Below, one piece after another: positions 21,291 through 32,568 of a stretch of 64,000 nucleotides of DNA. Origin of the DNA: Marinobacter sp. (GTDB lineage: Bacteria; Pseudomonadota; Gammaproteobacteria; Pseudomonadales; Oleiphilaceae); contig NZ_JAWLHI010000007.1 in the NCBI RefSeq assembly GCF_041690455.1, positions 1,610 through 65,609 of the forward strand. The letters run 5' to 3'. The notes beneath the pieces are model-generated. The model was not told the DNA's origin. It saw only the letters and a program-made list of their open reading frames with translations, and did not search any database. Position 1 is the stretch's first letter, and every line of letters starts with the position of its first letter. The position numbers and the translations under genes are program-made.

Positions 21291-22058
21291 ATGTTCACCA
21301 AACATAATAACACCGGATTTTCCGATGCACTGATTTGCGAGGCGGAGGGGCTGGAGAGCCTTCGTTCAGCACTGGTGCAGGCGGGTGTCACGGATGTGCG
21401 GATTCCGGAGGTGGTGCGGGTCGATAATAGTGTGCTGGAGATCACCGGCATCGAGTCCGAACCCGCCACTGCCGAAACCCTTGCCATGCTGGGAGAGGGG
21501 CTGGCGCTGATGCACCGGCTGAAACAGGATCGCTACGGCTGGGGACGGGACAACTACATCGGACTGTCGCCCCAGCCCAATGGCTGGTCGGACTCCTGGG
21601 GGGAGTTCTTCGTTTCAGACCGCCTGGGCTATCAGGTGAGTCGAATCCAAAATCCGGAGATTCGTGTTGAGTTCGAGGCGGTACTCGAGCGCCACGGCGA
21701 GTCTCTGGCACGGTGGCTCGACGATACCTGCGAGCATCCGAGCCTTTTGCACGGCGACCTCTGGAGCGGCAACGCTCTGTTTGATCGGAACACCCCCTGG
21801 CTTATTGATCCGGCAGTATATTGCGGTGACCGGGAGGCAGATCTGGCAATGACCGAAATGTTCGGCGGCTTCGGCGAGGCGTTCTACGAGGCCTACGACC
21901 GGATGTACGCCCGATCCCCGGATTATCCCCGCAAGAGGGACATCTACAACCTGTACCACTATCTGAACCACTACAACCTGTTTGGCGGCGGTTACCTCGG
22001 TGGTTGTCAGCGCGGTTTCGAGACGGTTCGTGCGGTCGGCTCTCAGATGATGCCGTAA
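21291..22058 (+). CDS. Fructosamine kinase family protein
   Basis: LLHGDLWSGN, IDPA.YCGDREADLAMT.MFGGF, YNLYHYLNH. Confidence 0.9.
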   Translation: MFTKHNNTGFSDALICEAEGLESLRSALVQAGVTDVRIPEVVRVDNSVLEITGIESEPATAETLAMLGEGLALMHRLKQDRYGWGRDNYIGLSPQPNGWSDSWGEFFVSDRLGYQVSRIQNPEIRVEFEAVLERHGESLARWLDDTCEHPSLLHGDLWSGNALFDRNTPWLIDPAVYCGDREADLAMTEMFGGFGEAFYEAYDRMYARSPDYPRKRDIYNLYHYLNHYNLFGGGYLGGCQRGFETVRAVGSQMMP

Positions 22059-22990
22059 CTGCGTAACAGGAAGACGCCAGCGGTAACTGTAACGCTGGCC
22101 ATCAGGGTGGTCAGGGCAATGATATTGGCCGCCAGGCGGTCATTGCCACCGAGCGCCTTGACCATCACGAAACTGGCGGCGGCGGTCGGACTGGCGAAGA
22201 ACAGGAACATCAGTCCCAGCTCCGGCCCCCGGAAACCGGCCAGCCAGCCCGCAGCGGTGCACAGGGCCGGCAACACGATCATTTTCATGGCGCTGGAGCC
22301 GAAAGCGGTCTTGCTGTCGCTGCGAATGGAGCTCAGGGACACGGTGGCGCCAATGCACAACAGGGCCAGCGGAAGGGTCAGGGACGCAAAATAGTCGGCG
22401 CTAGTCATGACCCAGGTGGGTAATCCGATATTCAGCCAGGCAAAGGGGATAGCCACCACAACGGCGATAATCAGAGGGTTACGGATAATGTCATGGATGA
22501 TCTTGCGCCAGCTGGCGGACTGGCCGGGTTGGTAGGCGATCAGCACCACCACCGACAGTGCGTTGTAAGAGATGATCACCAGGCCGAGCAGGATACCGCC
22601 GGCGGATAACCCGAAATCACCATACAGGTTGGCCGCCAGCGCCAGGCCGACAATCCCGCAGTTGCCCCGGAAAGCCCCTTGCACGTAGACCCCGCGATCC
22701 TCTCTTCGCACCCGCCAGGCCGCCCACAGCCAGGTCAGACCGAACCCGCCAAGGGTGGCTAGCAGGTAAAACAGCAGCAGTTCCGGATTCAGGGCGGTAC
22801 TCAGGTCGGCGCGGATGATGCTCAGGAATACCAGCGTCGGCAGTGTCGCCTTGAATACCAGGGCAGAGGCGGTATTGATGAAGGGGGCATCGATCCAGCC
22901 GATCCGCCGCAGCCCGAGCCCGATAAAGACCATGGCAAATACCGGCAAGGTGGTTTCCAGTGTCTGGAGAAAGATGTCGATCAGGTTCAT
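22043..22990 (-). CDS. AEC (auxin efflux carrier) family transporter
   Basis: LPVFAMVFIG, F..TLP.L.F, RGNCGIVGLAL, NPLII, PTAAAS..M; ATG 22990. Confidence 0.9.
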   Translation of the reverse strand: MNLIDIFLQTLETTLPVFAMVFIGLGLRRIGWIDAPFINTASALVFKATLPTLVFLSIIRADLSTALNPELLLFYLLATLGGFGLTWLWAAWRVRREDRGVYVQGAFRGNCGIVGLALAANLYGDFGLSAGGILLGLVIISYNALSVVVLIAYQPGQSASWRKIIHDIIRNPLIIAVVVAIPFAWLNIGLPTWVMTSADYFASLTLPLALLCIGATVSLSSIRSDSKTAFGSSAMKMIVLPALCTAAGWLAGFRGPELGLMFLFFASPTAAASFVMVKALGGNDRLAANIIALTTLMASVTVTAGVFLLRSYGII

Positions 22991-23077
22991 TGCGGGGCCA
23001 TGGCAAATAGTGCAGGGGTAATTCGAGGCGGCAGTGTATAATTTCCTTGAGGTTTTCCCAAGGATTTCACCAACAAG

Positions 23078-25135
23078 ATGCCCGGACCCAACGGTTTTCA
23101 GCGGAGTTCTCTCAGGATCCAGCCCTGCGGCTGCCTGTTGGTATTGAGCAGAACGCTGGACCGTATAGTCCAGTGCAGCGCCAATGCGGAGTACTTCCTG
23201 CAGGTACCGGCCGAAACCCTGCTTGACCAGTCCCCGGAGGGAGTTTTCGGCGCCCGGGTGCTGGCCCGCATTCGCCGAGAACTGGCAGAGGACGATGTGC
23301 TCAGCGGGCCGGTTTCCATTCGTAAGGAGAACAAAGGCCGCCAGATCCGCCTCCAGGTGAATGCTTTTCGTTCCGGAGCCTGGGTGGTGGTCGAAATCGA
23401 ACCCATAACGGGCCTTGGAACAAGACGGATGACCGGAAGGGTCAACCGCTGGCTTGGCAAGCTGGCCAATGCCCGTAATCCCGACGATCTGATGGATATC
23501 CTGGTGGACGGCGTTCGTGACCTGGTCCGGTTTGACCGGGTGGTGGTGGCGCACTTTGACGAACAGGGCCATGGCGTCTTTCTGGCCGAGAGCAAGCGCA
23601 AGGGCGTTTCACCCTTGCGGGGTCAGCGTTTTTCCGCATCCGCGTATCCTCCGGCGCAACGTTCAAAAATGACCCGGCACCAGGTGCGGAGTATTCCGGA
23701 CCTCGAGGCCGGCCTGGTGCCGGTGCTGGTTTCCGGCAAGATGAACCGTGAACAACTGGCGGACGTCGATGCCAGCGGGACGGTACTCCGGGCACCGTCC
23801 CGGAGGCAGACCGCGTACCTGAATTATTTCAGGGCCCAGGCGCTGCTCTCTATCGCGATTGTCGGTCCCTCGGGCCTCTGGGGCCTGGTTACCTGCACGT
23901 CGGAAAAGCCGGTTCCCCTTGCGCCGACCCTGAGGGACGCGGCACGCACCCTGGTTCTGATGGCCACCCAGCGCCTGTTCCTGCTGAAATCCCGGATGGA
24001 GGCCCAGTTCTTACAGCGCGTTCACAAGTCCAGGGATTTTCTGGCAGCTGATATCACAGTCGGGCTTTCTCCGGCCAGGATGCTTGAGAAATACGCCCCC
24101 GACTGGCTGGCATTGTTCCGCGCCAGTGGCATGGCCTATGCCAACAGCGGTGATATTGCCGCGCTCGGAGAGGTCCCTCCCACTGCTTCGCTCGAACAAC
24201 TGGTCGCCAGGCTGAACGCCGAACAACAGGGTCGATCTCCCTGGGTGTCGGCCAGGCTGAAAGAGGAGCCGCTGGCCAGGGGGCTGGAACTCGGTGCTGC
24301 CTGTGGCCTGCTGGCGGTTCCGCTACCGGGGGAGCGGGTCACCAGCTGGTTTATGGTCTTCCGGGGAGAACACGGTCGAGGCATATATTGGGAGGGCCGT
24401 CCGGAGGTGGATATTCTGACCAGCGCACCGGGGGAGGAGGAAACCTTCCGCAAGGCCTTCGGTTCCTGGCTGGAAGCCGTGGAAAGCAGCAGCGAACCCT
24501 GGAAACGTGTGGAGCGTCTCGCCGCGGTGGATCTGGCAGAGGACATGGCGCTGCTGGCATCAATCAGCGAAATTACCCGGCTGAACGAGTTGCTCAAGGC
24601 CGAGCAGGCTGCGTTGGCGCAGGCCAACGAGCAACTCAGTCATGCTGCGAGCCATGACTCCCTGACCGGTCTCTGGAACCGTTACCGGACCGAATATGAA
24701 CTGGACCGGGAGCTGGCGAAAGCAAGGCGCCATGGCTTGCCGTTTTCAGTGCTGCTGCTGGATGTCGATCATTTCAAAAACATCAATGACTCCTGGGGCC
24801 ACGCGGCCGGTGACGAGGTGCTGCGGGAAGTTGCGCGGAAGGTCACCGATGTGCTGCGCCAGGAGGATCATCTCGGGCGCTGGGGTGGTGAGGAGTTTGT
24901 CATTCTGGCGACAGGCGCGGGGCGCGCCGATGGGGTGGCCTTGGCCGAACGGGTTCGACAGGCAGTGGCCGAGGTGGCAGTGCCTGGAGTGGAATCCGCC
25001 ATTACTGCCAGTATCGGTGTCGCCAGCTGGCGCCCGGAAGATAAGCGCAAGTCCATTATCCAGCGGGCAGACCGGGCCATGTATGCCGCCAAGAATGGCG
25101 GCCGTAACCGGGTAGAGACCGACGAGGGCCTGTGA
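23078..25135 (+). CDS. Phytochrome-like PAS-GAF-PHY sensor fused to a GGDEF diguanylate cyclase; bilin-binding residues degenerate
   Basis: IQPCG, FDRVVV..FDEQGHG, LWGLVTC and FR.E..W.G.P match phytochrome folds. HDSLTGLWNR, DVDHFK.IND.WGH..GD and RQED..RWGGEEF form an intact GGDEF domain with I-site. Confidence 0.85.
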   Translation: MPGPNGFQRSSLRIQPCGCLLVLSRTLDRIVQCSANAEYFLQVPAETLLDQSPEGVFGARVLARIRRELAEDDVLSGPVSIRKENKGRQIRLQVNAFRSGAWVVVEIEPITGLGTRRMTGRVNRWLGKLANARNPDDLMDILVDGVRDLVRFDRVVVAHFDEQGHGVFLAESKRKGVSPLRGQRFSASAYPPAQRSKMTRHQVRSIPDLEAGLVPVLVSGKMNREQLADVDASGTVLRAPSRRQTAYLNYFRAQALLSIAIVGPSGLWGLVTCTSEKPVPLAPTLRDAARTLVLMATQRLFLLKSRMEAQFLQRVHKSRDFLAADITVGLSPARMLEKYAPDWLALFRASGMAYANSGDIAALGEVPPTASLEQLVARLNAEQQGRSPWVSARLKEEPLARGLELGAACGLLAVPLPGERVTSWFMVFRGEHGRGIYWEGRPEVDILTSAPGEEETFRKAFGSWLEAVESSSEPWKRVERLAAVDLAEDMALLASISEITRLNELLKAEQAALAQANEQLSHAASHDSLTGLWNRYRTEYELDRELAKARRHGLPFSVLLLDVDHFKNINDSWGHAAGDEVLREVARKVTDVLRQEDHLGRWGGEEFVILATGAGRADGVALAERVRQAVAEVAVPGVESAITASIGVASWRPEDKRKSIIQRADRAMYAAKNGGRNRVETDEGL

Positions 25136-25153
25136 CAGACCCCCGTCATTGGT

Positions 25154-27487
25154 TCAGGCCTTCAGCTGATCGCCCACGGGCAGCCGGCGAATCCGCTTGC
25201 CAGTGGCGGCATGGATGGCGTTGCACAGCGCCGGGGCCACCGGGGGCAGGCCGGGCTCACCAACCCCACCCATGGGTTCGTCCTGGCGGTCCATCAGGTG
25301 GATATGGATTTCCCTGGGTGCGTCGGGCATCCGGGGCAACAGGTACGTATCGAAGTTGTCCTGTTGGGCAACACCATCCCTGAAGGTGACTTCGCTCATC
25401 AGGGCGATGCCGATGCCCATCACGCAGGCACCTTCGAGCTGGGAACGGATCCGCTCCGGATTGGCCTGCCGGCCGCAGTCAAAGGCGATGTCGGCCCGGT
25501 GGATGATCACGTTGCCCGTGTCATCGACTTCCACATCAAACACGATGGCCGTATAGGATACGAAGCTGTGATGGAAGGCCAGTCCCATGCCGCGGCCTTC
25601 CGGTAGCTCCTTACCCCAGCCGGCAGCCTCTGTGGCTTTCTCGACCACGGCACGCATGCGTCCGGTATCAATGGGATACATCTCCGGGTCTTCACCGTAG
25701 TTCCAGCCATCACCCACCGTCAGGTTATGGATTTCCCGCCCCGGGCCAAGCAGTTCGAGTACGTAATCCCGGTGGTCCCTGCCTGCGGCGACCGAGACCT
25801 CGTGGGCAAAACTCTGGATGGCCCAGGCATGGGGAAGGTTGTACACCGAACGGAACCAGCCGATTCTCACATGGGCCGGTGCCGGCGGGTTCTCCAGCCG
25901 GATGGCGGGAATACTGAATGGCATGGTGTTAAAACCCATGCCGAGTTCGAATTCGCCCTTGTGTTTCGGGTCCGGGGCGAACAGGGAGCCGATGCTGGGA
26001 GACAGGGTGCGATGGCGCCATGCCAGGGCCTTTCCGTCACTGTCGAGCCCCGCTTCGAGATGATCCACTGACACCGCGTGGAAATAGGCGTGGTGAATAT
26101 CGTCTTCCCGTGTCCATTGCAGTCGCACGGGTCGCCCCTCAAAGGCCTGAGCCACGCGAGCGGCTTCCGCGGCATAATCCGGCTTGGATTTGCGGCCGAA
26201 ACCACCGCCGAGCAGGGTGACATTGACCCTTACCTTTTCCCGATCCAGACCCAGTTGACCAGCGACGGTGTCGCGGGTGGCACGGGGATTCTGGACAGGG
26301 GCCCAGACTTCCGCCTCGCCGTTTTTCACCAGGACGGTCGCCACCATCGGTTCCATGGGGGATTGGGCCAGATGGGGCATGTAGTAGGTCGCAGAGACCC
26401 TCTTGCTTGCCTGCTTCAGGGCGCCTTCGACGTCGCCGCGGCCCCGGATAACCCGGCCGGGCGATTGGGCACGTTCCTCGAGCGTCTGGCGATAGGACTC
26501 GGAGGTGTAGCTGGCGTTGTCTCCGGCGGGGCCGTTGTCCCATTGGATCTTCAGCTTCTTGCGGCCCTCGATGGCTGCCCAGGTATTGGTGGCGACCACC
26601 GCCACACCACCGAGCGGACTGAAACCGGCCGGTTGTCCGGTACCCTGGATTTCGAGGGTTTTCTCCACGCCCGGCACTTTCAGGGTTTCCGAGTCATCGT
26701 AGCTTTTGACTTTGCCGCCATAAACCGGAGGGCGGGCAATGACCGCATATAGTGGGTTTTCCACCTCGACATCGGCACCGAAGATCGCCTTGCCGGTAAC
26801 GATGTCTTCGCCGTCAATGGCCTTGGGGTAGGCGGACTCCAGCCTGCCGTTGATGTAGCCGGATTCGCGGCCGATATAACGCAGTTCGTCATCGGTTTTC
26901 AGTACCAGGTCGTTGCGGCCTGGTACTTCCAGTTCACGGGCGGCTTCCGCAAGCTCGCCAAAGCCCAGTTCCCGGCCGGACGGCGTATGAATGATCTTGT
27001 GAATGTCCGTTTGTACCTCGTGCAAGGGCACCGACCACTGGTTGGCGGCGGCCTGTTCCAGCATCAGCCGGGCGGCGGCCGCGGCACGACGCATGGGATC
27101 GTACCAGTGGCGCATACTGCGGGAACCGTCGGTATTCTGGTTGCCGTATTTTTCCTGGTTGGCCTCCGCCTGACGGACCTTCACCCGGTCCCAGTCTGCA
27201 CCCAGTTCATCGGCGGCCAGTAACACCATGCTGGTACGGATACCCTGGCCCATTTCGGCCCGGTTATTGACGACGGTGACCGTCCCGTCGGAATCAATAT
27301 GAATGAAGACGTTAGGATCATCCACCCAGCCGCCAGGCATGGCGCCGGCGCCGAACTGGGCCTTTTCATTGGCCAGGGGCATATCCCAGCGCGCGGCCAG
27401 CACGAGGGCCGAGCCACCGGCCAGTCCCATGAGAAAGCGGCGACGGCTCACATTCGCCAGCAGGAGTTTGTCGTTGGATCTGTTCAT
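25154..27487 (-). CDS. Xanthine dehydrogenase-family molybdopterin subunit (IorB-like)
   Basis: SRRRFL twin-arginine-like leader; [28 protein letters not shown] motifs. Confidence 0.9.
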   Translation of the reverse strand: MNRSNDKLLLANVSRRRFLMGLAGGSALVLAARWDMPLANEKAQFGAGAMPGGWVDDPNVFIHIDSDGTVTVVNNRAEMGQGIRTSMVLLAADELGADWDRVKVRQAEANQEKYGNQNTDGSRSMRHWYDPMRRAAAAARLMLEQAAANQWSVPLHEVQTDIHKIIHTPSGRELGFGELAEAARELEVPGRNDLVLKTDDELRYIGRESGYINGRLESAYPKAIDGEDIVTGKAIFGADVEVENPLYAVIARPPVYGGKVKSYDDSETLKVPGVEKTLEIQGTGQPAGFSPLGGVAVVATNTWAAIEGRKKLKIQWDNGPAGDNASYTSESYRQTLEERAQSPGRVIRGRGDVEGALKQASKRVSATYYMPHLAQSPMEPMVATVLVKNGEAEVWAPVQNPRATRDTVAGQLGLDREKVRVNVTLLGGGFGRKSKPDYAAEAARVAQAFEGRPVRLQWTREDDIHHAYFHAVSVDHLEAGLDSDGKALAWRHRTLSPSIGSLFAPDPKHKGEFELGMGFNTMPFSIPAIRLENPPAPAHVRIGWFRSVYNLPHAWAIQSFAHEVSVAAGRDHRDYVLELLGPGREIHNLTVGDGWNYGEDPEMYPIDTGRMRAVVEKATEAAGWGKELPEGRGMGLAFHHSFVSYTAIVFDVEVDDTGNVIIHRADIAFDCGRQANPERIRSQLEGACVMGIGIALMSEVTFRDGVAQQDNFDTYLLPRMPDAPREIHIHLMDRQDEPMGGVGEPGLPPVAPALCNAIHAATGKRIRRLPVGDQLKA

Positions 27488-27945
27488 GCCTGGTCCTCCT
27501 TGCCGGCCGCCCGCTCAATGGCAGCGAGAATCCGGTTGTAGGTACCGCAGCGGCACAGGTTACCTGCCATGGCATCGACGATCTCGCTGGTATCCGGGTT
27601 GGGCGTTTTCTTCAGAAGGGCGGTGGCGTTCATGATCTGGCCACCCTGGCAGTAGCCACACTGGGCGACACCGAGGTCCAGCCAGGCCTGCTGGACCTTG
27701 CTGCCCACCAGATCGTCGGCCATGGCTTCGATGGTTGTGATCTCGCCTTTAGCGGCAGACACCGGTGTCACACAGGAACGGATGGCCGTGCCGTTCAGGT
27801 GCACGGTACAGGCACCACACTGGGACACACCGCAGCCGAACTTGGTGCCTTTCATGCCGACCACATCCCTGATGGCCCAGATCAGCGGCATGTTGTCCGG
27901 GACGTCCAGTTCGTGTTGCTCGCCGTTGATGTTGAGCGTAACCAT
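27484..27945 (-). CDS. (2Fe-2S) subunit (IorA-like)
   Basis: GTKFGCGVSQCGAC, SCV, QCGYCQGGQ, NLCRCGTY. Confidence 0.93.
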   Translation of the reverse strand: MVTLNINGEQHELDVPDNMPLIWAIRDVVGMKGTKFGCGVSQCGACTVHLNGTAIRSCVTPVSAAKGEITTIEAMADDLVGSKVQQAWLDLGVAQCGYCQGGQIMNATALLKKTPNPDTSEIVDAMAGNLCRCGTYNRILAAIERAAGKEDQA

Positions 27946-28016
27946 GGAGCTCTCTCTGTCAGTTGGATTAAGGGCTTTCCTTCACTGTAGCTGTACGCAA
28001 GTGAAAGGCAAAAAGC

Positions 28017-28358
28017 TCAGAATCCCGAGAGAAAGCCGGTTTGCTGGATGGTCATGTAAGCGGCGGTGCCGGCGGCAATGGAAAGCAGGGCATTACGCCG
28101 CCAGAGGTGAATGGCCACCACCAGCAATCCGGGAAGAACTGCATCCAGGCCGGGGAGGGCGGCATTCCAGTTGCCTGAGCGGGTGAGGAAAACCGTTGCC
28201 AGCAAGGCCATGACCGCAGCCGGCAGGTAGCGGCCAAGATGCTTGATCAGCGGGTGTTCGGTGTGCCGTTCGAAAAACACGAACGGAATCACACGGGTGG
28301 CAAAGGTGGCGATGGCCGCGACGGCAATGAATGAAAGCAGGTAGGACATGTCAGCCAT
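28017..28358 (-). CDS. azlD: Branched-chain amino acid exporter small subunit (AzlD)
   Basis: TFATRVIPF, LGRYLP.AVM.LL, LLSIAAGT..YM; start overlaps the azlC stop. Confidence 0.8.
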   Translation of the reverse strand: MADMSYLLSFIAVAAIATFATRVIPFVFFERHTEHPLIKHLGRYLPAAVMALLATVFLTRSGNWNAALPGLDAVLPGLLVVAIHLWRRNALLSIAAGTAAYMTIQQTGFLSGF

Positions 28359-29061
28359 GGTTTGTGCCCTCGGTTGCACCGGTGTCCCTCAGACGACGGT
28401 AGTGCACCAGCAGCATGGCAGTCACGATGACAATAGCGCCGATGAGCTGATGTGACGGAGACAATAACAGCATGGCGATACCGGCCGCAGCGGCACCGGT
28501 CCAGATCGGGAAACCGTCTTTCAGGGCCTTGTATTGCTCGATAGTGAGCACGATAAACAGGGCGACCAGGGCGAATTCTATGCCGGTGCTGTCGAAAGCC
28601 ACGTTGTCGCCCAGCAGGGCGCCGATGGCACATCCAATCACCCAGTAACACTGGTTGAATCCGGTAATGCGGAAGTCCAGCTCCTGCTCATGATGGCGGT
28701 CGGGGCCGCGGGGGCGGCTGGTAAGCAGGGAATAGGTTTCGTCTGTCAGCCCGAAGATCAGGTAGGCCTTGCGCCAGCCGGCACCCCGGAACTGGCCCAG
28801 CAGCGACAGGCCGTAGAACAGGTGCCGGGCGTTCAGGACGAACATGGCGACAAACACCTCGACCATGCCTGCCCCGACTGCAAGCAGGCTGACCGCGAGA
28901 ATCTGGCCGGCCCCGGCATAGATGAGCACACCCATCAGTGGCGCTGCCCACCAGGGGTAGTCCAGCTGGGTCGAGAACAGCACGCCGAAGGCCATTCCAA
29001 GGGGAATGTAACCGAACAGAATGGGCAAGGTGAGGCGAAAGACAGACTGGTTCATTAGCAT
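28351..29061 (-). CDS. azlC: AzlC-family exporter subunit
   Basis: PILFGYIPLGMAFG, YAGAGQ, NARHLFYG, LTDETY. Confidence 0.9.
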   Translation of the reverse strand: MLMNQSVFRLTLPILFGYIPLGMAFGVLFSTQLDYPWWAAPLMGVLIYAGAGQILAVSLLAVGAGMVEVFVAMFVLNARHLFYGLSLLGQFRGAGWRKAYLIFGLTDETYSLLTSRPRGPDRHHEQELDFRITGFNQCYWVIGCAIGALLGDNVAFDSTGIEFALVALFIVLTIEQYKALKDGFPIWTGAAAAGIAMLLLSPSHQLIGAIVIVTAMLLVHYRRLRDTGATEGTNHG

Positions 29062-29183
29062 CCAAACCGTTGAAAGCGACGCATGATAGTGAATCAGGTC
29101 GGCATTTTGAAGCTGAGCTGTTGTTACAGGGCTTCTACCCGGAGCGTTATATCCTTAACATACCCGTACTCACAGGAGGGATA

Positions 29184-29435
29184 ATGACCGACGAAGCAGC
29201 CCTGCAACCAGAGCCGGACCCGCGAGAAGAGAAATTCGTGGTGGAGACGGAACTACTCACCGAGGACCAGCTTCAGGGGCTGGTTGAGGAGTACTGCACC
29301 CGCTACCATGGCCTCAATGACACCGAAAACCCTTTTTCCGAGAGAGAACGTGTCATGGCAGCCGTCCGGCGGGGCGATCTGGTGGTCTGGTTCGATCCGG
29401 TAGAAAATAGTGCCGGACTGGGCGTGCCCGAGTAG
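29184..29435 (+). CDS. YheU-family small protein
   Basis: L..DQLQGLVEEYCTR..G, V..AVRRGDLVVWFD; GGAGG RBS before 29184. Confidence 0.7.
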   Translation: MTDEAALQPEPDPREEKFVVETELLTEDQLQGLVEEYCTRYHGLNDTENPFSERERVMAAVRRGDLVVWFDPVENSAGLGVPE

Positions 29436-29481
29436 GGTAGAATCCCGCTGTATTTCCTGAAGCCGTGTGCGAGGTGGAATC

Positions 29482-30141
29482 TTGATCAGCGTATTGGTTG
29501 TCGACGACCACGAACTGGTGCGTTCCGGAATTACCCGGATGCTGGCGGACAACCCCGACCTTGATGTGGTGGGTCAGGCATCGTCCGGAGAAGACGCCAT
29601 TGAGTTCGTGCGCAAGCAACGGCCTGACATTGTTCTCATGGATATCCGCATGCCCGGTATCGGCGGGCTGGAAGCCACCCGCCGGATTCTCCGAATCGAT
29701 GATTCCATCCGCGTGATCGTGGTGACCGCCTGCGCCGATGACCCCTATCCGACCCGTGTGATGCAAAGCGGCGCCAGTGCCTACATCACCAAGGGCGCTG
29801 ACATCCAGGAGATGGTGCGCGCCATCCGTCAGGCCCATTCCGGCCAGCGTTATATCAGCCCTGAAATCGCCCAGAAGATGGCGCTCAAGCAGATCTCCGG
29901 AGATAAGGATGAGAATGGCGAGCTATCGCTGTTCGAGCGGCTGTCCGAGCGGGAAATGCAGATCGCGATGATGGTGGTGGACTGCCAGAAGGTCCAGGAC
30001 ATCTCCGACAAGCTGTGCCTGAGCCCCAAGACCGTCAACAGCTACCGCTACCGGATCTTTGAAAAGCTGGAAATCTCCAGTGACGTGGAACTGGCCCTGA
30101 TGGCCGTGCGGCTTGGATTACTGGATGCCGACAAGGTCTGA
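29482..30141 (+). CDS. uvrY: UvrY/GacA response regulator
   Basis: VLVVDDHELVRSGI, DIRMPGIGGLEAT, LSEREMQI, LSPKTVNSYRYRIFEKL; upstream of uvrC. TTG start inferred. Confidence 0.93.
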   Translation: MISVLVVDDHELVRSGITRMLADNPDLDVVGQASSGEDAIEFVRKQRPDIVLMDIRMPGIGGLEATRRILRIDDSIRVIVVTACADDPYPTRVMQSGASAYITKGADIQEMVRAIRQAHSGQRYISPEIAQKMALKQISGDKDENGELSLFERLSEREMQIAMMVVDCQKVQDISDKLCLSPKTVNSYRYRIFEKLEISSDVELALMAVRLGLLDADKV

Positions 30142-31987
30142 CCCCAAGCCCGAGCAGAACGGGGAGTTCGACAGCAAAAACTTCCTGAAACAGTTGACCG
30201 AAAGGCCCGGCGTCTACCGCATGTATGACGCGGCGGGGGAGGTGCTGTACGTCGGCAAGGCCCGCAATCTGAAAAAGCGGGTCAGCAGCTATTTCCGCAA
30301 AACCGGCCTGGCACCCAAGACCGAGGCCCTGGTCGCCAGGATCGATTCTATCGAGGTCACCATTACCGGCAGCGAGACCGAAGCCCTGCTGCTGGAACAG
30401 AACCTGATCAAGTCCCTGCGGCCGCCCTATAACATCCTCCTGCGGGACGACAAGTCCTATCCCTATATCTATCTTTCCTCCCATCAGGACTATCCATCCC
30501 TTACCTTTCGAAGGGGGCGGACCAAGAAAGGCGGCGGTACCTGGTTCGGGCCTTTCCCGAGCTCCGGTGCGGTCAAGGAAAGTCTTAATATTTTGCAGAA
30601 GGTATTCCGTATAAGATCCTGTAGTGAAAGCTATTTCAGGAATCGAACCAGGCCCTGTCTGCAGTACCAGATCAACCGCTGCACGGCGCCTTGTGTGGGC
30701 TTTATCACCCCCGAGGAATACCAGGAAGATATCCGCCATGCCACCATGTTCCTGGAGGGCAAGAACCCGGCCATCATCCACGATCTGATGAATGCCATGG
30801 AAACGGCCTCGAAGAATCTTGAGTTCGAGAAGGCAGCCGCCTACCGTGACCAGATCAACCACCTGCGCCACGTCCAGGAGCAGCAATCCGTTGACAGTGC
30901 CGGGGGCGATGCGGATGTCATAGCCATTGCCCAGGATGCGGGAATCGTCTGTATTGTGGTGATTATTGTGCGTGGCGGCCGGGTGTTGGGCACCAAGGAT
31001 TATTTCCCCCGGTATTCGATCGAGCAGACCGAAGGCGAATTGCTCAGCGCTTTCCTGGGTCAGTATTATTTCGGCGGTAATACCCGCCGTGAGATTCCCC
31101 GGGATATCCTGGTACCGGTCGAGGTTGAGGGCCAGGAGTTGCTGGCCCAGGCGCTCTCCGAGGCGGCTAACCGTGAAACCCGGATCCGTGGTAATGTGCG
31201 CGGAGAACGGCGCCGCTGGCTGGAACTGGCCATGACCAATGCCCGGCAGACCCTGCTGACGCACCTGGCCAGCAAAGAAACTGTTTACCGCCGTTTGCTG
31301 GCGCTGCGGGACCTGCTGGAGCTACCGGAAACCCCGTCGCGGATGGAATGTTTCGACATCAGCCATAGCCACGGGGAAAACACGGTCGCATCCTGTGTCG
31401 TTTTCGACGAGAATGGCCCGCTAAAGAGCGACTATCGACTATATAACATTGAAAACGTGACGGCCGGCGACGACTATGGCGCCATGCGCCAGGTGCTTAC
31501 CAGACGGTACAAGCGGATGGTCGCGGGAGAGGGCAAGCGTCCCGACCTGGTGTTCATCGATGGCGGCAAGGGCCAGTTGAATGTCGCCAGGGAGGTTTTC
31601 GATGAGCTCGGAATCTCGGATATCCCGCTGATCGGTGTCGCCAAGGGCGTCACCCGTCGGGCGGGGATGGAGCAGCTGATTGATGCCATGACCGGAGATC
31701 TTTTCCGGGTACCGGCGGATTCGCCCGCGTTGCACCTGATCCAGCATATCCGGGACGAGTCCCACCGGTTCGCCATTACCGGTCACCGGGCGCGGCGGGA
31801 CAAGAAACGCCGGCAGTCGACCCTTGAGGGAATCGAGGGCGTGGGGCCGAAACGCCGCCGTGAACTGATCCGCTACTTTGGCGGCATCCAGGAGATCCGC
31901 AAGGCCAGCGTCGACGAGATGACAAAGGTGCAGGGCATCAGCAAGGCCCTGGCGGAAACGATTTACGCAGTATTGCATGACGAATAG
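30125..31987 (+). CDS. uvrC: Excinuclease ABC subunit C (start 30113 or 30125)
   Basis: GIY-YIG (PGVYRM..YVGKA), UVR domain, [29 protein letters not shown], HhH. Confidence 0.97.
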   Translation: MPTRSDPKPEQNGEFDSKNFLKQLTERPGVYRMYDAAGEVLYVGKARNLKKRVSSYFRKTGLAPKTEALVARIDSIEVTITGSETEALLLEQNLIKSLRPPYNILLRDDKSYPYIYLSSHQDYPSLTFRRGRTKKGGGTWFGPFPSSGAVKESLNILQKVFRIRSCSESYFRNRTRPCLQYQINRCTAPCVGFITPEEYQEDIRHATMFLEGKNPAIIHDLMNAMETASKNLEFEKAAAYRDQINHLRHVQEQQSVDSAGGDADVIAIAQDAGIVCIVVIIVRGGRVLGTKDYFPRYSIEQTEGELLSAFLGQYYFGGNTRREIPRDILVPVEVEGQELLAQALSEAANRETRIRGNVRGERRRWLELAMTNARQTLLTHLASKETVYRRLLALRDLLELPETPSRMECFDISHSHGENTVASCVVFDENGPLKSDYRLYNIENVTAGDDYGAMRQVLTRRYKRMVAGEGKRPDLVFIDGGKGQLNVAREVFDELGISDIPLIGVAKGVTRRAGMEQLIDAMTGDLFRVPADSPALHLIQHIRDESHRFAITGHRARRDKKRRQSTLEGIEGVGPKRRRELIRYFGGIQEIRKASVDEMTKVQGISKALAETIYAVLHDE

Positions 31988-31994
31988 GAAGCCC

Positions 31995-32546
31995 ATGAAC
32001 CTGCCAAACCTGCTCACACTCTCCCGCATCGTGATGATCCCCGTGTTTGTGGTGGTGTTCTACCTGCCGGTGGAGTGGAGCTACATCGTCAGTGCCCTGA
32101 TTTTCGCCCTGGCAGGGATGACGGACTGGCTGGATGGGTACCTGGCCCGCAAGCTCAACCAGAGCACGCCGTTTGGCGCCTTCCTGGATCCCGTTGCGGA
32201 CAAGCTTATGGTGGCGGTGGCCCTGGCGGTGCTGATTGAAGAGCACTCGGCTGCGCTGCTGACTATTCCGGCCACGGTCATCATCGGCCGGGAAATCGTG
32301 ATTTCCGCGCTACGGGAATGGATGGCGGAAATGGGCAGTCGGGCGAGCGTGGCGGTTTCCTACATCGGAAAGATCAAGACAACCGCTCAGATGGCGGCCA
32401 TTGTCGGTTTGCTGGCATTCCCCCCGGGGGAGACCCTGGCCTATTTGGCCATCGCGCTGCTGTATGTGGCCGCGGTACTGACCCTGTGGTCCATGATCCT
32501 TTACCTCAAAGCTGCCTGGAAGGATCTGTTTCCGGGCAGTGAATAA
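31995..32546 (+). CDS. pgsA: Phosphatidylglycerophosphate synthase
   Basis: [46 protein letters not shown]. Confidence 0.96.
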   Translation: MNLPNLLTLSRIVMIPVFVVVFYLPVEWSYIVSALIFALAGMTDWLDGYLARKLNQSTPFGAFLDPVADKLMVAVALAVLIEEHSAALLTIPATVIIGREIVISALREWMAEMGSRASVAVSYIGKIKTTAQMAAIVGLLAFPPGETLAYLAIALLYVAAVLTLWSMILYLKAAWKDLFPGSE

Positions 32547-32568
32547 CCGGAATGGCCGGCCTTCGGGT

